Assembly (NCBI GenBank): GCA_000708835.1
Contig: DF237018.1
Location: forward strand, 62,001 to 126,000
Direction of reading: 5' to 3'
DNA length: 64,000 nucleotides
DNA from: Klebsormidium nitens
Lineage: Eukaryota > Plantae > Klebsormidiophyceae
Shown: piece after piece, positions 12,413 through 25,487 of the stretch
Position numbering within the stretch: the first letter of the stretch is position 1
How the letters are laid out: every line of letters begins with the position of its first letter
The notes under the pieces: model-generated
Seen by the model: only the letters and a program-made list of their open reading frames with translations
Databases searched by the model: none
Told to the model about the DNA's origin: nothing
Made by a program: the position numbers and the translations under genes

Positions 12413-15400
12413 ATGGCCCCCAGCCTGACTCCGCTTCTGAACGCCCTGGGATGGGGCTCGGTCGACTTTCACGACCGGATGCTCCGCCCAGTAGGTATAG
12501 TGCTGGGGTTTCTGGTCACCGTTCTCTTCCTGTATGCGCTTGGCACCAACTCGGACCAGCTCTTGGCGCTGAGCAGTGGCCGAGTCTTGAGAAACTCTTC
12601 CAGCCTCCTGTTGTGCGAAGCATGGTTCGAGGAGCAGGATCGGGCAAGGGGGCACATGTTGGCGGGTAGGGACTTTGACACCGACCCGGTCAACATATAT
12701 GAAGTGGGCCTGCCGGAGTGGTTCGTGGCAGCGCAAAAGGATCTCCAGGAGTGTGATGTCCCATGCAGGTAAGTATCATCACCACTTGGAATGCAACCAC
12801 TCTCCCAAGTACGAAGACCGACTGCAAAACAGGCCGCTTTGTGTTAAGCGAGTGGTGATACAGAACGATGATGGTGCGATGGACTGGTTTGTTCAATGGG
12901 TTTCTGCGAACTGAACGGACTGATTGTCGCAGAGTGCAACTTCAACGGGCCAGCAGGCTTCGTTTGTTCAATAGTGACTCTCAAGTGGCTGCAATTTGAT
13001 GTGCTCCTATTGTGTAGGTTTCTCCAATCAAAACCGTTATGTAGCCTGCTTTTGTTTGATCCCAGAGTGTGGTGCCTTTGAGACTGTTGGACGGATATAC
13101 AATGGCGCTTCAGAGACCGCCGATGCCTGCAGGTTTTAAGAAAAAACATCCTGAGAAAAGCTGATAACAGGCACTCATCTTCTTGCCCTTGAAAGAAGCG
13201 CATTCTTTTCAAAGCAACTATCTTGAAAAGACACACCACAAGGCAATCAGATTGAAGAACTCAGTTGCATGTTTGATTGGCTGGATTTAGTAGGGCAAGC
13301 ATTCAGAGGAGTCTTCTTGTATGACTGCAGGTGCGGGTCTCAGCGCCAGAGCCCCACAGGCTTACAGCAATGACCTAGCTGAACAAGATTGTCATTCCAA
13401 AAGAAACCCGCAACGCTCCTCTTTTCCAGCTCCATTCGCTACAGCGACGCCCAGGCAGCGTCCATCACCCACTGGGACGCCCGTACCGACGAGTGGCCTC
13501 AGGCACCCCAAGATATCGATCACTCACATGGCTTTGCCGTTCTCCGCAACGCCGAGCCCCCAGTGCTCTTCCCCGGTCTCGCGGTTGACACTGCTCATGA
13601 GGCAGGCTATGACACCCTGATGACATCGGAGCTGGCGTCCGACGTGCCCTTACCGTATACGGGCATCGGCACAACGATTGGGGACCTGTTTGCGCTGGGG
13701 CTGCCGTTCGAGAAGAAGCAAAAGGCGGCGATGGTTGTGATTAGCAACTGCGGAGCAGCAAGTTTTCGATTGCAAGCCATTGAAAAGATGCAAGAGCTGG
13801 GAATACGAGTGGACTCATACGGGGGGTGTGCACACAACAAGGACTTTCCAAGTGAGCAATCTCACAAAGCTTGACTTCTGTTGTCTCCCTTGTGCCCATT
13901 GAGCTTCTGTATGCGTTCAAATTTCAAATGGTAGTCTCCAGATTGAAATGGTAATCTAACGACGACTGGTCGTTGATCTCTCGGGCTTCTTTTCTCCAAG
14001 TAACCTAAACTTGTCGCGTCGTCAACCGTTGGCTCTCAGTTGAACAGGCTACTTCAGAATTTTTCCAATACGCCTCCATAACCATTTGCGTTTTTACTCT
14101 TTGAAGAATTCACTGATCTGTTTTTGAGAGTCCGTGCCATCCTCGTTGGGTTTCCAGAACAAACGAGTTTGTGCTCAACCACCTTCTCTAGACGTTTCAA
14201 CGCTTTTCCTCGGCGTCTGGAGCCTCACCTTTCTCCCGTTCTGGTTTTGGAATTGCCCATTCCGATCATTTCCAGACAGTCTGCTGCTTCCCCGTTACAG
14301 GCCGTCGCTGGAGGAGCCGTTTTTGCGGGAGTTCCGCCGCCTCCGAACTCGTTCAATGCTTGCTCGCTCTTCGTTTGAAAAATGTATTCTCCTAGCCCCT
14401 TTTCGTCCTTCTAAGATTGTTATTCAGACCCAAACCCCACAGCTCGACTCCGCGTACTATCCCAGAGTGACACTCCCAGTTGCTTTCTTCCAGCCAACGA
14501 CAACCACCCCCGAGACGAGGCGGGTAACAGGGCGCGCTACGTCCAAAAGATTGCCATCGCACGCACCTACCTCTTCTACCTGGCGTTCGAAAACAGTCAG
14601 TGGCCCGACTACGTCACCGAAAAGTTCTACCACACATTGCAAGCCGGTACCGTTCCAGTAGTCATCGGCGCCCCGAACATTGCGGATTTTGCCCCGAGCC
14701 CAGAATCGTTTCTCTACTTGGAATCCGTGGAAGATGTTCCGGCCGTTGTGGGCAGGATGAAGTTTCTGATGGAGAACCGGGCCGCGTACAAGGTGAGGCG
14801 CTGGTGATGGGACAATCTAATTCTATTTTGGCAACCGCCTCTCATAAATATGGGCTTTAACTCGGTATGTGTTCCTATGTTTACGAACCAGCGGAATGTT
14901 TTGGTTGGCCTGCTCTGTTACAAAGTGGGCACGTTGTTTGGTTAGCAAGTCGAGCTTACATAATCTGACCATGGCAATTGCAATAGCAACCTTCTGAGTA
15001 AAGTTTACTTCATGCTCCTCCGTTATCGACGGGCCTCTGCATTGACATGCGTTGCCTGCTTAAATCATCCCGGCCCTCCACTGTTTTGCGATTACTCCTA
15101 AAGCAAAGTGGTAGCCCGTTCCGGCCTTCCGAGACAATCTGCTGACGTCCCAGCAAACCCACCTCACGTAATGAGAGCGCCTTCTCGTTCTTCATTCCCC
15201 ACAAAAGCAACCTAGCAATATCAGTTTTTTGACTCTTCATTTCACTTATCTTCAGATAAATATCTCTTTATGTCATATTTGCGATACAAGTCTTGTGAAC
15301 CTGGTCCTCTGCAGGCGATGCTGGAGTGGAAGCACCGCGAAGCCTCCGACGGCTTCAAAGCGATCGCCGACATTCCGAGCATCCACCCGACGTGCCGCCT

Positions 15401-15938
15401 CTGCATCCACATCGCCACCAGGCTCCAAGCACAGGAGGACAATCAAACGCGCGCTAGCATTAATCAGTCGTCCGTTGTTGGTAACAAAGAGAAAGCCCCG
15501 TACTCGAGTAAGAATGGGCGGCTGAGCACAAGATTGCCCTTGCAATTGTGCACGTGTCGCCTATCGGACGTGTCGCTATCTTCCGGGCTGCGCTTGTTGC
15601 AAGGGTTGACGGGTGCGGACGAAGTGCACCGAATATATGTACGAGAACGAGGCAGGTTCAGGTATCGTCCTGTGTTTCTTGACGGCGGAGATTTTAGCGT
15701 AAGAGCTTTGCATGCGGCAGTGCTCAGAGCGTTTCTGGTAGACAGTTATGAGCCGACTTGGGTTGAGAAAAGGAAGGTGCTGGGTATTGTATGGACCACG
15801 TGGAAGGTGTATAAAGTATACCCGGTTGGGATAACCATAAGGGCAGCCCTAGGAAACGGGTCCTTTACGACGGATAGTGACTTCCGAGAGTACTTGAGAC
15901 AGCATCCTTGTCCAAAGCTTGAGGCTATCATAGTTTGA
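12413..15938 (+). CDS. FUT11: Glycoprotein core alpha-1,3-fucosyltransferase (GT10, plant FUT11/FUT12 type), 4 exons: 12413-12768, 13430-13851, 14494-14792, 15315-15938
   Basis: N-terminal transmembrane segment, then MTSELASDVP, ISNCGAASFRLQA..VDSYGGC, the GT10 motif YLFYLAFENSQWPDYVTEKFYHTLQAGTVPVVIGAPNI, and the plant-type C-terminus IYVRERGRF...HPCPKLEAIIV*. Splice phases are consistent. Confidence 0.93.
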
Positions 15939-17193
15939 TAATGAACGCCCTTCCAATCTGTGTGTAGAAGTCCTTGACAGTCGACGTTGTGCCAATAGTG
16001 CTGGAGCGTGACTCCATAGAGTAACATATCTCATAGGCGCCATGCCGCACATGTGATGAGCTTCCCACTGTCTGCATGCATGTCCTAAAATATGACTCAT
16101 CCGATGATCGTTTCAAGTTTGGGCGCTGTCCCATGCCATGATCGTCAGCCTGAGATAAGCACGGTGAACACAGAAGATGTGCCATAAGACGACCAACCAT
16201 TGAACCACGTCTACGTCGTATGAGGAGGTCTTAGTAATCGGTACGGCCGGTTGATGCAGCATGTAGAACAGAAGGCTGCGACGGCATGACGTGCTACAAA
16301 TAACCTGACGTACTGAGCTAGATTCATGTCATGCATGATATCGGCCTATATACCTGTGCATCACTGGGCTGCTTCAATGAGTCAAATGCGACGGTTCTAC
16401 TTAGGATATGTACCAGGCCTGCATCATTCGCAATGAAACATTCAATTATCATTGAACTTGCAATATTAGGCCCCACCACCTCCAATCTGCGGTTCAACGG
16501 AGTCGGAACCTGGCGGCAGAAGCCGACCCGATCATGAGCCCGGGATGAGCCCGCAAGTACGGCACGTTGATAGCGAAGCTAAAGTACTAGATTCGATCCC
16601 GGCGCACACCGACCGTCGTCCACGCATACATGCAGGTTTTGCATTTGGCGACGCACAGATCGAAAGTTCTTATTGATGCAAGGCTGTTAGGTTGAGCTTT
16701 CCGCTCCTTGTTCGAAGGGCTCACGGGGACGCATGACGATAGTGATTGCAATTAATTCAAACATGTTGCATTGAAACGCTAAGTTTAGATTACGTTACTG
16801 GATATCAGTCGTCAGCCTGCCGGAAGGTCCTCGAGGATCATGTAGACTTTTAGTTATTGTGACAAATCGGTCTCATATGATATCAGCTAACAGTAGAGTT
16901 TTTCCTCTCGTTTTGTTAACAAGGTAAGTTTCAGAATTTTACAATTTCTACGTCGTATAATCTTCATGTGGTTTTGCATGCGCACAATGAAAAGGCTGTT
17001 GTTTATACTCAAAAAAGTGAGGCGGTAAGGACTATGTTGGAAGCGGCAGACTTCACCTCTTTCACCCACTGATATGTACTGGCCTTCTATGAGCGTGACA
17101 AAAGTCGCATCTATCTTTTATATCGAAAATGTTCGAGATTATAACAATCAACCACACAGGAAGTTTGCTCCTTTGACGGTTGTCCTCGTAACC

Positions 17194-20100
17194 CTACTCC
17201 TCCTTCTTGTATCCCCGCCCCTCCTTGAAGTTGAAGTCCTTGGGCGCTTTCAGACCCCCACCCAGCATTTCGGTGGTCTTCTTTACGGGCGAATTCTTGC
17301 CGCTGAACTGCGACCACAGCTGCAGCTGCAGAAGCTCCGGCTCGAACGCCTGGATGTAGAACATGAGGCTGTACCACGACGGGATCACCACGCGCTGCAG
17401 GCGGTAGCGCGCGGCCGCGACCGCGCGGCGCGCGAGCGCGGGGGTGGGGAAGACCGGGAAGAGGCCAAAGCCAGCCTCCTGCACGGGTTGACGGAGCAGA
17501 ACGGTTTACGGGTTTGTCTCTTTGAAGGTGAACGGTAGAAGCTCACGAATTTTACACAGAAAGTTCCGACGGTGAGGAAAGTCTCGAACCGCGATGGCAA
17601 GAAGTCGTCTGTTGCATAACTGCCGGTAACAGTGAAAACGTGTCTCTCTCCTGGGCAGCTGATCGCAGAGGCTTGCGTATCGAACAGGCTGAAGAACCGT
17701 GATCGTTTTGAACGAACGTTGTCGAAGATCACTCGGCGCTCAAACTTTCTGCTCAGATCAGGTTCAGACCGTAAATACTGGACTTAACATCCAGGAAAAA
17801 CCATCTCAATCTCGATAGATCGAACAAGCGCTCAACATTCAACGCGCCTTCACATTTTCGTGGAGTGGGTCCTACTGAAAGCTGGGGAGAACGATGATTA
17901 GCGGCTCACCCCGCGGCGGCGCACGGCGGTGTCCCCGGTGGCGAACTCGCCGCTGGGCTGCACGGCCTTGCCGTCCGTCATGTCGGACTTGACGACGCCC
18001 GGCAGGAAGAGCGTGATGGGCACGTCGCTGCCCAGCTCCAGGCGGAGCGTCTCGAAGAACGCGCTCACCGCGGCCTTGGACGCCTGGCAGAAAAGGGTGA
18101 GGTGATTAGGTATCATCTGACAGTGCAGATACCATCTAGCATCGCAGACTTCGACGGTGGTTCGAACGCGCAGTCCACGTAGCGCTTCGTAGCTCAAGAA
18201 GGTCTAAGAAAAGCTCCAGCACAACGATTTGAAAGAAGGGGCTGAAAGGAGAGGCAGCAAGAGGACAAGAAACGAACGTATGTCTGGAATTGAAAGTCGA
18301 ACGCTGGGCTCCGGTTGATGGGCTCCGTTTCCGCGGTCAATTCACGATGCGACAAGAATAGTCCCCACAAACCACAATCAAATTTTTTAAAATACGAGAA
18401 GTTGTCGTCAACAACTGGGCTTCTTGTTCTGAAGACGAGTTTTAAGGCGAAGACTTTTGAAGGCAGTCCCAACCCGCAGGTACCAGAAAAAGCTGGCAAG
18501 ATAAACGGCAGGCGAGGTAACTCCTGCGGAAGCACCTAAGAAGATCGGCATGCGGCTCTTGACAACATCGCTTATATAACAACGTGGATCCCAAGCTTTC
18601 CGTCAAATTAAATTTTATAAATGAATTACACACCACGTCTAAAGACTGTTATCAAATCCGTTAACCTGTCCTATGTTTTTGCCATTGTCAGCACAAGAAA
18701 GAAATGCGTACGAAGGGTCACGATGCTTTTCCCGTTCATGAGATGAAAGTAACTCTGAAAAGTTTGGCTGACGCTGTTGTAAGAGAAGCTGTCACTACTG
18801 ATTATGGCAGGGCTGGGCGGCTATACTATCCGCACTGGGAATTAGGGTCGCAATGAATGGAGCAAGATGGCCGGGAACATATGCCTTCATTCGTAAAGAA
18901 GCCAAAAATCAAACAACAGTCCACGAACCAGACAGAAAGCTGACGCAATGCGCTGCTATGCAAAGCTGGAAACGCGGCATTGTACTCACGTTGTAGATGG
19001 TGTTCTTGAGCTGTGGCAAGTAGGACGCGACGGAGTCGTTGACGACGAGCTGACCCCCGCTGCGGCGCAGGTGCGGCAGCGCGAACTTGGTCGTGTTGAC
19101 GTAACCCCAGAAGTTGACGTCCTGTGACGTCAGCAGCTCGAGGTGTCAGCAAAAGTCCGGCTGCTTGTCTCGCAGATTCCAGCAGCACTGGGTTTTTGAC
19201 TGAAAATCGCGCAAGGCGAAAAGAGAGGCGGAACAAGTATACGAGCCTTGCCAACGGATCAAAACCGAGGTTACAAAAGTGGAAAGCCGAAGCGCCTCAA
19301 AAGCAGACCGGACGACTTAACCATCTGTTAGATTGTCAGAGTGTGTCTCAATCTTGCCCAGACTCGACTACGAGAAGAGAAGGAAAAGTCGTCAGACCCC
19401 AGTGCAGCTTATGGTCAATCGTAAGGCGACGAGCTCACCATGATCGAGCGGACCTTCTGTGTATCTTCCAGTTCCTCGAAAGGAAAGATCTGAATCAGTC
19501 CGGCGTTCAACACCAAGGTGTCAACTGCGGAACAAAGATGAAGATCATAAGCACTGACTTCCACGTCCTTAGAAGAGCGCAGCAGGGGTCAGGTGCCTTA
19601 TCTAGCCAAAGCAGCTGCAGTACATCACAAACCATCGTCAACCTGGATTGAGCATGGGAAAGGCTTCGTGGTCCTGAGAAGCAAAGAAGACGTCACTGAC
19701 AACAGATATGTGTGGCTGAGAATCCTTCTTCATCGGTCGATCTACGAGATGTAGGTACGAATGCTTCTCTCAAAATTCAATGTAAATCAAGGCGACACAA
19801 TCAAACTGCTCACGCCTCTGGAAGTGCTGGACGGTCTCGTCCACCGCCTTCTTGCACCCTTCCTCGTCGCCCATGTCCGACTGAATGGTCAACACGTCCT
19901 TGCAACCGAAGCCCCTGTTGCAGACACGGAGCGGCATAGCAACATTCAAACTTCGTCGGAAGATTATGTGGAGATTATTCCAGCTTCCGCCGACAGGGAA
20001 AGACAAGTTCCAAATGATGTGACTACGGACTGCGGACAGAGTCGTATCCAAAGGACACGATTATGCAGAGTGCAACCCTTGGCCCTAGCCCTATGATCGA

Positions 20101-21186
20101 AGATTCAAAGGATCAATCAGAACTCGCAGAGAACCTATGCCAGTAAGATTTACCTCGTTCTCACTTTCCTTCTCCGTCAGCTTTGTAAGCACTGCTTCCA
20201 ATCGAATTCAACAACCCATCCTTGCGAGAAGGTATCAAAATCTGTCCACTTGCCTGCACTTTTGAGCAACGGCCTCCAACTGCTCACCCCGTCGAGCGAC
20301 CAGAGCGAGCAGTGCTCCCAGCCTAGAGTATTCGTAGGCGATATGCTGCACAGACAAAAAACTTGAGCCAACGAATCAGCCAAAAGATTCGTTCTCATGG
20401 GACTTGGGTGAAGTCTGGTTGACCTCCAAATGTTTCCCAACTTCGTTTTACAGTATGACATACCACTAACCTTCAAGAGGACCCCTGAAGTGAAGGTTGA
20501 GAGAAAAAGCCAAAGATTGAGTTGAATGACTCGAGTCGATTCAACGAGTTCAACATTCGAGCACCTCGGTGACCAGATTCAAGATGGGTTTGAGTTTTGA
20601 GTCAGTAGGCTGCTGACAAAGTCCAGGAGAATCTAAATTGCAAATTCCAAGTGCCACACTTGAAAACCGTTGAGCGTCATATCACAGTAGCTTTCTTCCA
20701 GCTCTCCTCTATCGTTAGCGATTGATGACGGAGTTGCAATGCCTGCCCCCTCTTCGTCTTGACCACTTCCTGCATGTCATGAACTGAAATTGCCCACTTC
20801 GATCTCAGATCCTGAGATGCAATTCCCCATTCAAAGACCTCAGTCCCCTTCCCAAACAGCAGACGTTATGGTGTTTTTGCTCTATACTCCAGCTTTTGCC
20901 TACCCAAGTATCCCCAATGCTTTTTTATCACCCCCCCTGATTCTTCCCCCCTGCTAGTCCTCCAAATTGCATGAAACCACCCTACCTCCCCAATCCCCGA
21001 GCTGGCCCCCGTGATGAGCACGACCTTGTCTTGCATGGACAGGGGGAAGGTGAAGAGCCGCCGCAGCACGCGCCAGAGCGCCAGCACCGGGTAGGTCGTC
21101 ACCAGAGTAACTAGCATGATGAGCGGCCAGATCAACTCCAGCACGCCGTTCAGTCCAACCAACATGGTGTCCTTCAGGGTCTCCAT
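17194..21186 (-). CDS. HSD: 11-beta-hydroxysteroid dehydrogenase-like SDR (steroleosin type) paralog 1, 7 exons
   Basis: Hydrophobic N-terminal anchor with Pro (LVTTYPVLALWR), Rossmann motif VLITGASSGIG, HIAYEY, LDTLVLNAG, DVNFWG and catalytic IYN|ASKAAV (YxxxK). Exons are 21186-20986, 20345-20254 (GC donor), ~19915-19815, ~19520-19437, ~19120-18990, ~18085-17910 and ~17478-17194. Confidence 0.9.
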
Positions 21187-21789
21187 GGTCGAATGTGTGT
21201 AAAGGCTCTTGATGTAGCGACGTAAATGAATCCTGGCAAACGAAGACCGAGTGGCCTCAAATTAACCGGGAAACGCTTCTTCTGAACGCTGATAGATTTC
21301 AACTTGAAGATGTCATCCGCTGCTCACTCCTGGTGTATCCTTAGCTGGTTGACATATCGAAGTCGTCTCGGCTTCGCAATCTGGGCTTCCGATTGCGCGA
21401 GCTCAGCTGAAGGGTTGATGACTGAGCTGCTTCGCTCCCCGATGCTTTGACAGATCAGCGTCCACCGTATCTGCTTCCTAAGTTTCTGATTTTTTGATAG
21501 GTAGCACAGAAGGTCGACAAAGGTGCCTGCAGCATCGAGCGCAAGGTCAGCAAACGTCCAAAGCAGAGTGCGTCGCTAGCTGGCAAGGTCATTGCAAAGA
21601 GCTCTCTGAGAACACCTGAATCCCCACCCTGAGTCTTCCCTGCCCTTCGAAAGTCGACATGCAGGCCGCCAGTCCGCCTTGCATGCTGAGCAATGCGTGC
21701 ATGCATTTACTTCCATACGTGCATGCAGCACGAAAAGTAGCGCATCTCTGGTATGAAAGGCGAGGCCGGCGCCGCGCCGGCGCGGCAGT

Positions 21790-21900
21790 GCTGCGGCGCG
21801 GCGGGATCCCCCTATCAGGGTGCCAGCGTGGCAAAGTGCCGGTCATTGATTGGTTCTTTTTGGCGCGAGCTTCTTCCAAGGTGCTCCGAGTCAGCGTCAA
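21790..21900 (+). promoter_or_regulatory. Conserved upstream block of MYND copy A (CCAAT box + E2F-type TTTGGCGC at 21859-21866)
   Basis: Aligns by eye with 29085-29190 upstream of copy B (gcggcgcgggatccccct...ttttggcgcgagcttctt.caag.tgctccgagtcagc). Confidence 0.4.
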
Positions 21901-22092
21901 CCACTGGCACTAGTCCTAATCAGCAGTCACATTGACACTGATCAACAGGGGATATGTACCTGTGACAAATGTACCTAAGGCTAGAGTACCGTAGTTGAAC
22001 ACGGCAAAGGTTTTGAAGCTGGCAGCCTGGCACACTCTCACATTCTTCCACTGCCAGTTCATTTTCCAAAGAAAGTGGAAGAGCACAAAAGG

Positions 22093-23951
22093 ATGGAGGC
22101 CGGGGGCAGCCAGAATTCAGAGACGGGCAATGGTGGCGCAGTCAAGCCCCTACAACCAAAAGTGCGCCGGAGCTCTGTCTCGTCACTAAGCGGGACGGAG
22201 ATTGAGCAGCGAATGACAGAAAAGGGAGCTGTGGAACTGGACCTGTTGAGACCTGAAAGCAGTGCTTGGCTGAAGGGGATCTTCAAGCAGATTCGCTCCG
22301 GTGACCTTGAGACACGCTTCTGTGCGTTGTGGAGATTCAAGGATGTTTTCAACAACATGGCCGTGGCCAAGGGCTCCGGACAGATCACTAGGTTTGCAGC
22401 GTACATGCTAGAGCAGGGCATTCTAGAAGAGGTCATCAGGATCTTAGACGCAGCGCAGTCAGACGGGGATTGGTATCTCATACCCAGGCTTTGGACAGGC
22501 TACAGTGCAATCTCAAAGTTGGACTGTGCTTGAGAATTGTTCACGGCTTGATGCTGGATGTTCGGACAGTGCGCTTCGTCAGAAAAGCCATACCCAACCT
22601 CCTCTCCATTGTCGAGGGAGTCTACTTCGCAAAGCCGGTCACAGCCGGCGAGTTTGCTGCTAGAGGGCTTGAATCGGAAGTGCCTTCTGACCGGCATGAG
22701 TACGACAAGAAGCCAGCTTTGGGCATCCTGCTTCAGCTGTCCGTCTGGTCAAAGCAAGCCAGGTCTACGATCTGTAGTAGGACAGTCTTCCTCCGGCGGG
22801 TCTTGAGAGACTGCATGGCACGCAGCGAGTTTGCGCAGGAGATGATCGAGCGGGTAGTCGTGACCTCCAGAACGCTGCTCCAAGATGAAACCTGCAACCT
22901 TGTTGTTTTGTTCGACGAACTTCTGGATGTCAGCTTTAGGGCTCTCTTGAGATAGCGCAGAGGAGAGAGACGCTTGAGTCTGCCATGCACCTCCTCCAGG
23001 ACCTGGGGGCTCAGCTAAAGTTGCACCCACAAGGGAGAGTCCTTGAGCCAACTGCACACGGCCAGGCCAACAAGGATTACTACACCACGCAGTTGGTAGC
23101 AGTAGCCAATTGTCCCGGCTTCATGCTGGATCTCAGACCCATGCTGTACCTGTATCTGAGCATCTTCCACGCACTGTTCCGCCCCTTCCTCTTGAGTGGT
23201 GGTCCTGGGCAGTGCACGCCGGCGCAAGACCAAGAGCTCCAGAAGTACTTAGCCGCAAACCCCACCGCAATGGCTAGGAGGCGCCAGATCTGCAACATTC
23301 TAGCACCAGCCAAGCCCCCTCTAAAAGTTCGACAGAACTCACAGCCTTCTAGCCCCCGCCCAGAACCTGCAAGCGCCAAGTCCGCAACCGCTTCCGCTTA
23401 CGTCTACAAGCCGATCGAGAATCCCCTCGGGTTCGTTCCAGGAACGGCTAGCTACTGGTATGGGGATGACGCGAAGTCTCGGAGGAAGTGCTCGCACTCG
23501 AGCTGCTCCGAAATGGAGTCAGCATCGAGGCGTTTCAAGGTCTGTAGCGGCTGCAAGCTCGCAATCTACTGCTCCCAAGGTAAGGTTCTGTCACATGGAT
23601 GGCTCGGCCGGAATTTCAGTGCTTATCTTACTTCTCTACTTCAGTCTGTGTTGGATATAATCTTGTCGCAGGATATTTGGTGGGATCAATAACATGCCCA
23701 GCTTGTATTTAGTCAATCTCTGGCAAACCGACTGCTCAATGACCGCCGGTGGACCAATCTCTCAAATGTAGCCCGCCATGTGCTTATATGTTGGTTCAAG
23801 AGGGCAAGCTGTGCGAATACTTCAATGAAGAAGCTTCAAGACAGATGACTTGATTACTATAATGCGTGCAGATTGTCAGAAGGCTGCCTGGAAGGGTCAC
23901 AAGAGTCGGTGTCGAACAGTGAATAAGGTAAGCCAAAACTTCACATACTAA
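22093..23951 (+). pseudogene. Helical (ARM-like)-domain + C-terminal MYND zinc finger protein, copy A, two frameshifts
   Basis: Colinear with intact copy B. There is a 1-nt deletion at ~22510 (tcaaagttgga vs B tcaaaggttgga) and a 2-nt insertion at ~22945. MYND RKCSHSSCSEMESASRRFKVCSGCKLAIYCSQ|DCQKAAWKGHKSRC, with last exon 23872-23951. Confidence 0.8.
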
Positions 23952-25487
23952 GGTAACTCTCGGACCTTTCAACATGACCTCTTGGAGGGTAAGCCTGCTA
24001 TATCTTCTGATGTATTTTTGCAAGCTGCTGTTGATCCTTGAGTATGACATGTCTCGTCCGACATTGGCTGAATCTGCGGCAAAACTGAGCCCTTGAACGA
24101 TGCAAGGTTTGCATCGCCGCCACTGGATAATGTCCAGATGTGACCCTTCGGAGGGTCCATTGTTGTGTCAAAATCACATGATAGGATCCGGAAAATTGTG
24201 CTTGAAGCAGCTCTCAATTCTGATTGACTTAACCACCTACCATTCAGGGTGGCGGCAGCAAGTGAGCTGGTAGAAGGTTGCTGTATGGTTGTTGAGTACC
24301 GCACTTTGCAGTCGCGATTGCCTATGCGATATGCGAACAGCCCCCTGATAGAAGCATCTCCGACAGGCCGCATTGATCATAAATAATCGTTGAGGTGGGC
24401 CGCCTTTGTGGTCTGTCCTACTAGGCTATACACGAATAGATTGGGCGTGCAGGATCAGAGCATCTCAAACGAGGGCTGTCTCCCAAGGCGTTGCGCTCTG
24501 CCTCACTTATGAAGTTCGCTTTAAAGGCACATGCAATTGTTGAATGTTATGCTCCGACTCATGGCAGAAGCGTGAGACGCGATCCCGTGCTATGCTGTGA
24601 CGGACGGTACCAGGTTGGGTACACAATCGTTGAATGCAGTCGCGGCCGGCTTTGAGATGCAAGTTATCGAAGTCGAAAGCTGCAATGGCTGGCAGCGTTT
24701 TGGCATATATGTGAGTCGCACCATGGAGACTCATCTATGTCACACGTTGAAATTCAGCCGCTTCGAAACCGTTAAACTAGCTAGGCGCACTACAAACCAA
24801 GGTTGACTAGTGACGGTCATGGCTGCAAGCTTCACTGATCTCAGCTGGCGGCCAGGCGCATGTGTACATATGTCAATTGATTCATGCAAAGGCATCATAT
24901 TTAAGCTCCAGATGGCCGTTTAAGAATGAGACGTAATCAAGGTCATCCCGGGCGTACCACACAGGTGCTGATTGCTATATACAATTCTCGGACATACAAG
25001 TTCTCTAATCCTGAGGGATCCTAGGGAACGGATGGCCGGAGGATCCAAATGATCGGTTTGTCATCTGTGGGCATTCTTACGTACCCGGGCTTGGCATCAT
25101 GGGAGTCAACCACCGGCAAGGGATAACTGCTAGCTCGAGACTGGGCCTTTCTGATGGTCGAAAAAAGTTTCATTGAGAGCCACACTGCTGTATCTAGGCC
25201 TTCTCAGAAGACTTTTTAATCACTACCAACTTAATTAGCAAAACTAATCCATCAACATATGTGCACTGTACAAGCATATCCTCTCTGTTTCTACGGTGTT
25301 TCTACGGTGCCCACACAGTCCGCTTTGGGCAGTGGGTTGCAACCTCTTGCTACGTACTATAATCCTAGCATTGTCGTCTATATATTTTGAACAGTACAAT
25401 CAATCCTCTCGCTCAAAGTATTTCGAGGTCTAATATTTCAAGCGACTCTTTGCTAGTACGCTGAGGAGTCACGCACTTGCTAGCACG

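Noticed and set aside
17074-17538. 154-aa plus-strand ORF (and 58441-58923 minus-strand ORF)
   Set aside because: They are antisense to the last exons of HSD1 and HSD2.
18150-18200. GGTTCGAA T-loop-like motif
   Set aside because: No acceptor stem, D-arm or anticodon arm can be folded around it, and it lies in an HSD1 intron.
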